A stretch of 56,400 nt of DNA, from positions 1 through 56,400 of the IMG/VR virus record IMGVR_UViG_3300037488_002133; one strand, 5' to 3'. Below are positions 37,886 to 46,306 of the stretch, piece after piece (the stretch's first letter is position 1; each line of letters starts with the position of its first letter). The DNA comes from a virus (Duplodnaviria > Caudoviricetes). The position numbers and the translations under genes are program-made. Under the pieces are notes generated by a model. The model worked only from the letters and a program-made list of their open reading frames with translations. It had not been told where the DNA came from and ran no database searches.

Positions 37886-38739
37886 GCCAGAATAGTTTCC
37901 AACTTAGCCCGAATCTCAGGCGTAACGCCTCTACGGGACCAGAAGTAATGCACAGGCGACACCAACGGTCCATGCGTAGACACGTCATCCCCAAACAGGT
38001 TGTAGTCCGTCTCACCAATTGGCTTCCCATCTTTGCCCCGTTCCAAGGGCGTTATGCCGTGATCCCGCCAGTACTCGCTTGGCGTCACGACCCGCGTGAC
38101 CACAGCGTACCGTTCACGCCATTGCCCTGATCCCAAGGCAAACCCACCGATGGTTGGAAACTCTGCAAAGGTCTGAGGAAACTCGTTACGTTGCAGCAAC
38201 ACGTATTGAGTAAATGGATATCCGTGGCGGTCTTCGATCCACGTCCGCATCTCGCGGTACATCTCGGTCCAAAAGACCCCCGGATGTCTGACCATGGTCT
38301 CCCACGGCATTTCAAACCCAAGGGCATGCTCGACGCATTTCTGCCATGATGCCCTTGCCGGGTAATGCTGAAAGTCCGAGTACCGCTCACGCAGCAAGAT
38401 CGGCCTATCGTCACGCATGAACGTCTCCACCGAGAACGGCTCCTTGAAGACGCAGTCGGAGTCGATGTGAACCACCAGATCCGTGCCCTTGGGCACCCAC
38501 AGGTCAGCTTCGCACTTCACGACCTGATGATGGAGAAAACCCTTCCCAGCGGCCTCGTAGAACAACCGCAGATTGCATCCATGCTTCTTCGCCAACCGTT
38601 CAAATAGTTCACCATCCTTGTACGGCACCACAATGGTGACCCCCGCGAACCCCCGCCCGAACTTGGCAATTGAACGAAGGGTGTACGACGTGAAGTCGAA
38701 GTCGGGGGCGTAGGTGACGAGAAGGATCTCAGCTTTCAA
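37882..38739 (-). CDS. GT-A-like glycosyltransferase-related protein
   Basis: ILLVTY start, HQVVK..D..HIDSD (DxD) motif. Confidence 0.6.
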   Translation of the reverse strand: MKAEILLVTYAPDFDFTSYTLRSIAKFGRGFAGVTIVVPYKDGELFERLAKKHGCNLRLFYEAAGKGFLHHQVVKCEADLWVPKGTDLVVHIDSDCVFKEPFSVETFMRDDRPILLRERYSDFQHYPARASWQKCVEHALGFEMPWETMVRHPGVFWTEMYREMRTWIEDRHGYPFTQYVLLQRNEFPQTFAEFPTIGGFALGSGQWRERYAVVTRVVTPSEYWRDHGITPLERGKDGKPIGETDYNLFGDDVSTHGPLVSPVHYFWSRRGVTPEIRAKLETILA

Positions 38740-39488
38740 GTGCGTAAGAAAAAATCAGAGTTGTAATTGGAAGATCGGGAAATCAATTCGCCATGGTTTT
38801 CGTAATCTTTTCGGTCCAATACAAACCTATCGTAAACGCACCCATTGTTGGCCGATTCAAGATCTTTTATGTCGCAGCAAATGTGGAATTTTTGCAAATC
38901 CAGTTTAACTCCGTTGCGATGCAAGGATGAAAAATCGGCATCCGACGAGATTGGGAGATACCCAAGGTTTTTTACTCGGGGCTTCAAAACTTTAGTATTT
39001 CTCCATAACGCTTGAGAGCACCAAAACTCGGCATTGAGCCGAGTCCCAAAAGAAAGTGATTGGGGGTCTTCAAGGGTTTTTACGTAGGAACTTCTAAACC
39101 AAAAAAAATTCCCTTTGAAATGTCTATACCACATGCATCCGACTAAGTCTGCCCCACGTTCAAGATGGATGCGGCAAATTTGATGGTTATCCAATACTCC
39201 ATCAGCCATGTAGTTTAACCACGCCAAACCGTTTTCAATCTCGGCATCGTCAATTTTGCTCGAGCTTTTGCAGTGAAGGTAGAGCCCGTGGAAATCCTCA
39301 ACGTGACTATCGAGCCACAGCCGTTGAAGAGCTGGGTACTCAAACTCTGAGGGGAGCGAGTCAACAATGACTAGGTTGCTTCTAGGTATTCCAGACCGCT
39401 CAACCCGATCCATTAACGTGGACAAAGATCGTGCGAGATTGGGTAGCCCACGGTTGGCACTGATGTAAATTCTAACAGGTTTGTTCAT
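38736..39488 (-). CDS. Putative glycan-modifying / glycosyltransferase-like protein
   Basis: FEYPAL..LYLHCK..GNFFW..AEFW pattern seen in phage sugar-related proteins; AT-rich. Confidence 0.5.
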   Translation of the reverse strand: MNKPVRIYISANRGLPNLARSLSTLMDRVERSGIPRSNLVIVDSLPSEFEYPALQRLWLDSHVEDFHGLYLHCKSSSKIDDAEIENGLAWLNYMADGVLDNHQICRIHLERGADLVGCMWYRHFKGNFFWFRSSYVKTLEDPQSLSFGTRLNAEFWCSQALWRNTKVLKPRVKNLGYLPISSDADFSSLHRNGVKLDLQKFHICCDIKDLESANNGCVYDRFVLDRKDYENHGELISRSSNYNSDFFLRT

Positions 39489-39497
39489 AAATTGAAT

Positions 39498-39645
39498 GGG
39501 TTAACGGGATTGACCCGTCGGGAGGCCGCCTGAACAGATATTACTGTTCCTACGCCAGCGCGGAAATTGCCTTAGATGTCCATCCCGACAGAACGGGACT
39601 TCAGCTTCCTGCTGGAGACTGTCACGCGCACCGTGCCAGTAACCC
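39498..39645 (-). ncRNA. Candidate 148-nt structured RNA with tRNA-like end
   Basis: GGGUUA...UAACCC closing stem, T-arm-like GACGG-GUCAAUC-CCGUU, three internal hairpins. Confidence 0.5.
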
Positions 39646-39654
39646 AAAAGTTGT

Positions 39655-39864
39655 CTATTCTTCGCGGGCTTCGATCATGGCGTCGGCCAAAGCGTATGCG
39701 TTTTGGGCATAGTCGATCCTATGCAGTAGGTTTGGAAACTTTCCATCCGGTGCAGCCAGTAATCCAGACAACGCTTTTGCAGCGAAGTAATCGCGGATGG
39801 TCATGCCGCGAGAATCATTCTCGGGGTCGTATGGAAATGCGTGGGAGGTATAGTTTTTAGCCAT
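39655..39864 (-). CDS. Small conserved phage protein
   Basis: AFP...GMTIRDYFAAKAL...AYALADAMIEAR motif. Confidence 0.8.
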   Translation of the reverse strand: MAKNYTSHAFPYDPENDSRGMTIRDYFAAKALSGLLAAPDGKFPNLLHRIDYAQNAYALADAMIEAREE

Positions 39865-39868
39865 AAAT

Positions 39869-40126
39869 TTAGCAGTTCCAAGCCTTCCTCGACCAATAGT
39901 TGGCCGAGAGTTTGCCGTCACCGCCCTCAATGCCGCCGCTGCGGGCGCAGTACGACTTCTTGCGTGATGGCTGGTCCTTCTTGATCGACATCTTGGGGTC
40001 GCCAAAACGGACCAGCTTTACCTTGCTGCCGGACTTGGCCAGCACCGCTGACTTTTTCGTCGCACCCGGAGTGCGCTTGGGGGCATTGTATCCAGCAAAG
40101 ACCATCCCTCGATATTTGATGCTCAT
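39869..40126 (-). CDS. Small basic conserved phage protein
   Basis: GYNAPKRTPG..KLVRFGD..RKKSYCAR..SANYWS. Confidence 0.75.
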   Translation of the reverse strand: MSIKYRGMVFAGYNAPKRTPGATKKSAVLAKSGSKVKLVRFGDPKMSIKKDQPSRKKSYCARSGGIEGGDGKLSANYWSRKAWNC

Positions 40127-41028
40127 AGTGATGCCGATTTGAAGAACTCCTGCCACTGTGGCAAGACCTCTGGCCAATCGAATCGTTTCATGGCTTCACG
40201 GCCCCGTTCACACCGGTCGGTAAAAGCATTGGGATTATCTTTGTACCACAGCAGACGTTCGACCGCAGCCTTCCGAAAGTCATCGATGTTGGACGGTAGT
40301 AACTCTGCGATGCCGAGTGCCGCCAGTTCGGCAGTGTTACCAACCGCAGACGTCAGCACCAGCCGTCCGCTTGCAGCCGCCTCCAATTGCGGGATCGGAG
40401 CCGTTTCGTAGAGCGCACTCGCCAGAATGCAATCCACGGTCTGCCAGTATTGGGGGACGGCGAGGTAGTTGTAGGAGTGGGCAGGACGAAACTCCAACCC
40501 AGCCGAGGTGGCACATTCCTGCGCCAGATACCCGCGTTTGAACTCCACTCCGAAATGATTCTTTCGATCCATTGCGGTGCCGTATCCGACCGTCTTGAGC
40601 TCCTTTGGAATCGACCCAACATATCGGGACAACGTCAGCCCGATAGGGAGGACTTGCGGAATGCGTCGGACACCCATCGAAAGCGAAATTGAGAGCAGGT
40701 TATGGCTGGGGACGGCGTAGCCAGCTACTTTATCAAACAGCGCGTCCACCTTTTCGTTCTTGGCTTTCGTGATGTCGTAGTCGCTGTAGCAGAACACGAT
40801 TATTTTTTCGGGTGGGACTTGGTACTGATTGACCAGCACATCCAGCCCAGAAGCGATTGTGACCACTCGGTCGTACTGACTCGCGATGAGGGCTACTTCC
40901 TCACGGCTGTAACTAACCAGCCACGACAGTACGTCAGACTGCCAACCGCGAGCGCAGAGGTGCTTGACCAGTTCTTGATGGATGAGCCCGAAAGCCCATT
41001 TTGGATCTACGAAGAATAGAATTTTCAT
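40123..41028 (-). CDS. Glycosyltransferase, GT-B (family 4-like)
   Basis: KRG.. and ETAPIPQLEAAASG (E-x7-E), C-terminal FDW. Confidence 0.75.
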   Translation of the reverse strand: MKILFFVDPKWAFGLIHQELVKHLCARGWQSDVLSWLVSYSREEVALIASQYDRVVTIASGLDVLVNQYQVPPEKIIVFCYSDYDITKAKNEKVDALFDKVAGYAVPSHNLLSISLSMGVRRIPQVLPIGLTLSRYVGSIPKELKTVGYGTAMDRKNHFGVEFKRGYLAQECATSAGLEFRPAHSYNYLAVPQYWQTVDCILASALYETAPIPQLEAAASGRLVLTSAVGNTAELAALGIAELLPSNIDDFRKAAVERLLWYKDNPNAFTDRCERGREAMKRFDWPEVLPQWQEFFKSASL

Positions 41029-41582
41029 ATTTTGTTTAGTTTGTGGAGCAGGTTAAAGATTGGGACAACGATCCATCGGGGAATCCAAGGCCACGGGAAG
41101 ACAAACTTGTACGGCCCAGAATCCGGTATCAGCATCGGCGTATCGCCGTTAATGACTCGGACGTAGACCGGCTCTCCATCGGAGCGAGAGATGTCGAGCA
41201 TCACGCCAGTGGTGGGCTCGGACGATTGGTCGGACCAGTTGCCAATGTCGACGTCGGTCTCCTTGCCGTGACCTTTGCAGTCGTGCGCCGTGACTCGGAT
41301 GTTTGTCGACCCGCCTTTGATCGTAACCCCCATCGTGCCACGGAACACCAACTCGTCGACCGTGATGTTGACGAGGTTGCACTGGTTGTTGACGTCGATG
41401 CAGTCCTCCATGCCCGAGGTCACTGATGGGAATTTCCCGTAGAAGTTGGTCAGTCCGGTGGAGAACTTTAACGTATCCGAAATCTCAGGACCGGGCACGA
41501 TGGCTCCGTCGGGCGTGAGATCGACCGACTGCCCGTTATCCTGCGGACCGTTAAAGCTGATGAGGTTGATGTCTTTGTTCAT
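41025..41582 (-). CDS. Hypothetical protein (possible short beta-helix)
   Basis: EDCIDVN..GVTIKGGSTNI pattern. Confidence 0.55.
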   Translation of the reverse strand: MNKDINLISFNGPQDNGQSVDLTPDGAIVPGPEISDTLKFSTGLTNFYGKFPSVTSGMEDCIDVNNQCNLVNITVDELVFRGTMGVTIKGGSTNIRVTAHDCKGHGKETDVDIGNWSDQSSEPTTGVMLDISRSDGEPVYVRVINGDTPMLIPDSGPYKFVFPWPWIPRWIVVPIFNLLHKLNKI

Positions 41583-41595
41583 TTCGGGTTTTCCT

Positions 41596-41883
41596 TCATA
41601 GCCTCGTCGATTGCTGCGCGGCAACTTTCTGCCATTTCTCTACATCAGCGCGGAGGCGGGCGACCACCTCCCACGGTGCTTCAAGCTGATTGTCGGGTTG
41701 CTCGCAAGCTGGACGCGGTTCACATTTCAAGACCTCGGCAATTATCTTAATGTAGTCACTTTCTTGAGCGCGGATTCGGGCGAGTTCGATTTCGAGCGTG
41801 CGGGCGAAGTCGGCGGGGACCACTTCTTCCGAGTCTATCAGGCATCCGGCGATGTCATCCGTCCGTGGTGTTGGTGTGCTCAT
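41596..41883 (-). CDS. Hypothetical phage protein
   Basis: TPRTD..VPADFARTLEIEL motif. Confidence 0.65.
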   Translation of the reverse strand: MSTPTPRTDDIAGCLIDSEEVVPADFARTLEIELARIRAQESDYIKIIAEVLKCEPRPACEQPDNQLEAPWEVVARLRADVEKWQKVAAQQSTRL

Positions 41884-42113
41884 TTCGCGCCCTCCGTTGC
41901 GGCTTTCCGCATTTTTATGAGCATGGAATGCTCTTCATCAGTGATGAACACTTTCCTTATGCCCATGCTTATGAGCATCCTACTGGTACTGCTTGCGTGT
42001 AGGGAGCTGAACGATTTTGCGAGACCTCCCGAAAGGATGTGTTTTCGGAGTTCGGTTCTCATTTTATCCTCCGGAGTTTTTTTCTTACCGTAGGTGTATA
42101 TTCGCGTGCTCAT
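41880..42113 (-). CDS. Hypothetical protein
   Basis: MSTRIYTYG start, ATGA coupling downstream. Confidence 0.5.
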   Translation of the reverse strand: MSTRIYTYGKKKTPEDKMRTELRKHILSGGLAKSFSSLHASSTSRMLISMGIRKVFITDEEHSMLIKMRKAATEGAK

Positions 42114-42121
42114 TTGTTGGT

Positions 42122-42499
42122 CTATGTTTCGTAAGCGATAAAGTAATTTTCTACGCGTTGCGCGTAATCGTCTCGGTCGGAATTTTTTCTGCGGACCAAT
42201 GCTCCACTCCAACCGCGATTCCACATTAACGCCAAAAGGTAGGGGGTGGGTCGAATGTCCAAAACGTGTAGACGGCGAATAAACTTGGTCAGACGTTGTT
42301 CTGCCAGTTCACGGGAAAATTTTGGGTCAGTGGCTTTCTTAAAATCTTCCTTGGTCTCCTCTGACCAAGTGGCTTTTGACCATTGTAGCCCACCCCCCGT
42401 CGAGGTCCACGAAGAGTTTTCAACCGCTTCGATGGCTCGAACCAATCGGGGGACGTCAGGGTTTCCTGCAAAACTTAAAATAATCGCGAGGCCGATCAT
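42122..42499 (-). CDS. Lysozyme-fold / lytic transglycosylase-like protein
   Basis: AIEAVE (catalytic Glu), GGLQ, WNRG and YAQRV motifs; short hydrophobic N-terminus. Confidence 0.6.
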   Translation of the reverse strand: MIGLAIILSFAGNPDVPRLVRAIEAVENSSWTSTGGGLQWSKATWSEETKEDFKKATDPKFSRELAEQRLTKFIRRLHVLDIRPTPYLLALMWNRGWSGALVRRKNSDRDDYAQRVENYFIAYET

Positions 42500-43104
42500 A
42501 TGGGGCTGTTTGTCCTCGCGGTCTGAGCCAGTCGGAATGCCGTTGATACTGACACCCCGCCCAAACGATTGGCCAACTCCCGCACTTGAGTCGCGCCTTC
42601 CTTGAGCCACTGGGATACGATTTCGCCATGGTTCTCGGGCAGGCGCTTTGACGGCTTGCCGAGCTTTACGCCTCGGGCTTTTGCCGCTGCAAGGCCCGCC
42701 TTGGTGCGCTCAATGATGAGCGAACGCTCAAACTCGGCCACAGCAGCAAGGACGTGCATCTGGAGCCGTCCTGCGGGATTGGCTTTGGAGGTGTCGATGC
42801 CTTGACCGGGGCACACCAGCGCCACCCCGTGTTTGTCGAACTCCGCCACGAGCTGGGCGAAGTGAGAGAGCGACCTAGCCAACCGGTCCAGCTTCACAAC
42901 AAGGACCGCGTCGTACCGCTTCTGACGGACTTGTGCCAGCATCTTGTCCAATGCCAGACGAGTGGACTTGGAACCCGAGATCGTATCAACGAACGTGTCG
43001 GCCACAATCCAGCCACGTTGGGCGGCGTAGGCTTGAAGCTCCATCTTCTGAGGATCAGTTGTCTGATCGTCAGTAGAGACCCTGAGATACAATGCAATTT
43101 TCAT
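42496..43104 (-). CDS. Small serine recombinase (resolvase/invertase family)
   Basis: YLRVSTDDQ, KLDRLARS, AEFERSLIIERTKAGL, C-terminal HTH. Confidence 0.95.
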   Translation of the reverse strand: MKIALYLRVSTDDQTTDPQKMELQAYAAQRGWIVADTFVDTISGSKSTRLALDKMLAQVRQKRYDAVLVVKLDRLARSLSHFAQLVAEFDKHGVALVCPGQGIDTSKANPAGRLQMHVLAAVAEFERSLIIERTKAGLAAAKARGVKLGKPSKRLPENHGEIVSQWLKEGATQVRELANRLGGVSVSTAFRLAQTARTNSPI

Positions 43105-43144
43105 GGACCACACTCTGGTTCGATGACCACTCATGTGTAAAGAA

Positions 43145-43161
43145 AAATCTTATTAAGATTT
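43145..43161. promoter_or_regulatory. Palindromic operator AAATCTT-N3-AAGATTT
   Basis: Perfect palindrome; identical (reverse complement) copy at 14149-14165, variants at 19361, 43356, 45362. Confidence 0.6.
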
Positions 43162-43341
43162 GAATTTAGGAGGAGAAAACTCTTCGGGCTTGATCGATTT
43201 ACCCTGAGTCTCCACGACTAATAGCCGTACGACATCGAACAGGCTTCGGAGTTTTCGCTCGCGAGCGACTCGCAAAAGTACTTCCCGCTCGCGAGGGTAG
43301 ACCGAGAAGGTCATGGGTGCGGCAAGATGCTTTCCGTTCAT
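43153..43341 (-). CDS. Small ribbon-helix-helix-like DNA-binding protein
   Basis: MTFSVYPREREVLLRVARERKLRSLFDVVRLLV strand-helix-helix pattern. Confidence 0.5.
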   Translation of the reverse strand: MNGKHLAAPMTFSVYPREREVLLRVARERKLRSLFDVVRLLVVETQGKSIKPEEFSPPKFKS

Positions 43342-43371
43342 TGATTTAGGGATCACAATCTTAATAATTTG

Positions 43372-45357
43372 TCAATCCTTCATCATGTCTCCGGTCGATG
43401 CGATACCGGAGTCCATGCCCGACATGCTGGCACCACCAAAAGCCATCTCGAACCCCTCCCAATCGGAGGAGTGGTCTCGCCGGACTTCGCCGACCACCTT
43501 GGTGTCTTTGGCTCTCGGTACGAGGGAAGGCACGCGCATTCGAGCGACGTGAAGCATGATGAGGAAAGAGTCGGCTCGGTCCGGAGAGGTCTCGCCCGTG
43601 CGGGCCTTGTAGGCGTCTTTTGGCTCGACCGATTGCCTCTTGCCGATCCCGACTTTCATTCCGCCGCGACGACCCGCGAGTTCGTCACTGGTCTTGATGT
43701 CTACGCCTCGGCCAATCCGGACGATGTCGTACTCAAATAATTTCGCGCCTGCCATCCAGAGTTCGGTGGCGGTGCGGTCGTAGAGTTCTTTTGGAGTCTC
43801 GGTGTCTTCGTCGGCGATCTTTACTTCCGATGGGCTGGAGGCGTACTCCACTCCCAGAATCGGAGCCAATCCCTCGGCATCTTCTGGCAATGGACCGACC
43901 TTGTTTTCCCATTGACGACGTATGACGTCATGCACTCCACGACCCGTACCCGTTTTATCAATACCAAAATTCTCCGGAAGCAGATGTAGGACTTTGCACC
44001 GGCTCATGTTCTCGTCCGCGACGTCCTGAGTATCGCCATGCGGCAGGATCGCCGTGGCGTCGGCTTGGATCTTGATTGCGGGCTCGGGCAAGTCGTGCCG
44101 GTCACCCTTGTAGTCGGTCCAGCCCACGGCTCGACCCACGCGACCGATGGTCATGGCGGGCAAGTCGCTCGTGAACGCTGGGTCGGACCCAGCAATGGTC
44201 TGAGTCGGACCGTCGAAGATCCACTCGCCCTCGGCTCGACGAAGGTGGGCCGAGTTGATAATCGATGTCTGCACACCCGTCTTTGGGAATCGACCGTAGA
44301 CGTACGTGTAGACGTTGGGGTGCTGGTCGTTGCCACCGGCCTGTGAGCGGATAATTTTTTGCACGCCCTCGTACGTTATCATGCGGGGGAAGATTGTCTT
44401 TTTCGCCAGTACGTTCTCTGTCCGCATGGCGTTAATCGAGATGACGTGCCAACCGGTTTCCGATTCCCACTCGTCTTGGTCGTCGGCCACTGCTTCCCAT
44501 CCACCCACTGGTTTGCAGTTCATTCCGTAGCGGGACCACTCGTCTTTCGGATTTGCCGCCGCCATGATCTTGATGTGCTCAACCGAGTCGTCGACCGACG
44601 ACAACAAGTTGGGGGTATCGTCGAAGATGTTGGCAGGAATTTCCTGCGCCTCGTCGAGAAGGATTCGCAGCCGAGAGTTGTCGCCGAACAACGGGTGAGT
44701 CGGACGGTTCTTGATCTTGGCACCCTTCAGTTTACCACGCGACTTGGGTCCGCCCGGTATAACCAACACGAAAATCCCCATGCCTCGCTTCTTGTCGAGT
44801 GAGATGGACTCGGAGTCTATGTTACCCGGCAACGGCAAGACCGACTCCGTGTGCAGTCGAACGATATCGGCGAAAAGGTTCTTCTCAACGTGGTCTTGGG
44901 AATTGGACGCAACTTCGATGCGCGTCCACTCGGGGTCGAGCAGCCAGTCGAGGACACACCACGCGGATGGGGTGAAGGTCTTCCCAACCGACCCGCAACC
45001 CATGACGTTGATGAGATTTTTTGTGAACAACGCGTTCCACATCTGTTGCGCGGCTTTGGGCTCGGGCGTAAAAGTCTTCGGACCCCACAACACAAATGCG
45101 GCTGCTACGTAGTCTCGGGCGTACAAGAGGGAGTAGACGTAGGCCCAAGCCATGGCCTGCATGTCTGACGGCTTCTGCATCGGCTTGCGAAGCGTCGGGT
45201 TGTTCTGGACGTACCGCATAAACTCCGCGTCTTGAAACATCCGTCCGACCGCATTCGCCAAGGCTGCGGCGTCACTATTCTCACGATACAGAAACAGGTT
45301 CTGGTGAATGTAGCGGAGGCTGGCTCGACGGACCTTGTCAGGAAGTATTACCGGCAT
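43372..45357 (-). CDS. terL: Terminase large subunit
   Basis: GCGSVGKT Walker A, ILLDEAQE Walker B, ANP coupling motif, GSDPA / IDKTG / SPDRADS nuclease motifs. Confidence 0.85.
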   Translation of the reverse strand: MPVILPDKVRRASLRYIHQNLFLYRENSDAAALANAVGRMFQDAEFMRYVQNNPTLRKPMQKPSDMQAMAWAYVYSLLYARDYVAAAFVLWGPKTFTPEPKAAQQMWNALFTKNLINVMGCGSVGKTFTPSAWCVLDWLLDPEWTRIEVASNSQDHVEKNLFADIVRLHTESVLPLPGNIDSESISLDKKRGMGIFVLVIPGGPKSRGKLKGAKIKNRPTHPLFGDNSRLRILLDEAQEIPANIFDDTPNLLSSVDDSVEHIKIMAAANPKDEWSRYGMNCKPVGGWEAVADDQDEWESETGWHVISINAMRTENVLAKKTIFPRMITYEGVQKIIRSQAGGNDQHPNVYTYVYGRFPKTGVQTSIINSAHLRRAEGEWIFDGPTQTIAGSDPAFTSDLPAMTIGRVGRAVGWTDYKGDRHDLPEPAIKIQADATAILPHGDTQDVADENMSRCKVLHLLPENFGIDKTGTGRGVHDVIRRQWENKVGPLPEDAEGLAPILGVEYASSPSEVKIADEDTETPKELYDRTATELWMAGAKLFEYDIVRIGRGVDIKTSDELAGRRGGMKVGIGKRQSVEPKDAYKARTGETSPDRADSFLIMLHVARMRVPSLVPRAKDTKVVGEVRRDHSSDWEGFEMAFGGASMSGMDSGIASTGDMMKD

Positions 45358-45385
45358 GGGTAAATCTTGTTAAGTTACTTTTCGA

Positions 45386-45420
45386 TTGCCCGCAAGCGTT
45401 TTGAAAAGTAGACTCCGTCA
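45386..45420 (+). promoter_or_regulatory. Sigma70-like leaderless promoter of the structural operon
   Basis: TTGCCC-N17-TAGACT-N6-ATG. Confidence 0.6.
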
Positions 45421-46020
45421 ATGAAACTTGGTCGTGGTAGAGTTCCTCCGAGGGGTTGGCATTTCGTGGTCGCACCCAACGTGAAGTTGGAAGCGATAAA
45501 CGAGGAGACGTTGGTAAAACAGATTTTTGAATACCGACTGAGAAACAACATTCCAATCGGGGACATTGAGCGGGACATAGATAATTACTACTGCAAGCTC
45601 TGGCCCGAGGCTTGTCATAAGGAACCCAAAGATTTTGATAATAATTCCATCGGTTCGTCCCCGCCTTCGGAGCCACTCCTCAATCGTGTGACTCGATGGG
45701 CCGCAATGATGATCTACGGTCAGTCGAAGGGGGGCTACACCACGTTGTCGATAGATGAAGCCAACAAGCGGGCAGATATTTGCGTTGGGTGCCCATCCAA
45801 TCAACCGTGGCGAGTCGGATGCTCCGGTTGCAGCAGCTCGACGGCTACGGTGCTGGCTCAACTTCGCAAGCTACAGTCCACTCGCCAACAGGGCAATTTG
45901 ATGGCGTGTAGCGTGGGTGGATGGGACAACGCTACCGCAGCGTTCGTCCCCAAAGAGGCTCTAGGTCTGACCGAAGATCAGTTGCAATCGCTCCCAGATA
46001 GGTGTTGGAGGAAGCCATGA
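45421..46020 (+). CDS. Cys-rich hypothetical protein
   Basis: Several CxxC motifs. Confidence 0.7.
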   Translation: MKLGRGRVPPRGWHFVVAPNVKLEAINEETLVKQIFEYRLRNNIPIGDIERDIDNYYCKLWPEACHKEPKDFDNNSIGSSPPSEPLLNRVTRWAAMMIYGQSKGGYTTLSIDEANKRADICVGCPSNQPWRVGCSGCSSSTATVLAQLRKLQSTRQQGNLMACSVGGWDNATAAFVPKEALGLTEDQLQSLPDRCWRKP

Positions 46021-46301
46021 TTATCAGATGGTCTACCCCCGTTAACGCCCTAAAATCCGTTTATCGTAGCGTTCGGCACTTGGTGCAACGTCGACCGGTG
46101 TTTGCGCCTCAAGACGTGCAAGACGAGCGTTACGCTGCTTGCAGGAAGTGTCCGTGGCATCTCGACGGACAATGCACCGTCTGCACCTGCTTTATCAGCA
46201 TGAAGGTGGTTTTGTCGGCGGAAAGCTGCCCCGATCACCCCCCTCGATGGAAAAAGTTGACTTTCAGTAAACAGATATCCACAACAACGACAGTCGCGTA
46301 A
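46017..46301 (+). CDS. Small Cys-rich protein
   Basis: ERYAACRKC..CTVCTCF..SCP..W; ATGA overlap. Confidence 0.7.
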   Translation: MIIRWSTPVNALKSVYRSVRHLVQRRPVFAPQDVQDERYAACRKCPWHLDGQCTVCTCFISMKVVLSAESCPDHPPRWKKLTFSKQISTTTTVA

Positions 46302-46306
46302 TTGCA

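Noticed and set aside
39498-39645. Canonical tRNA gene
   Set aside because: Too long, no recognisable D and anticodon arms, T-loop deviates; kept only as a tRNA-like candidate
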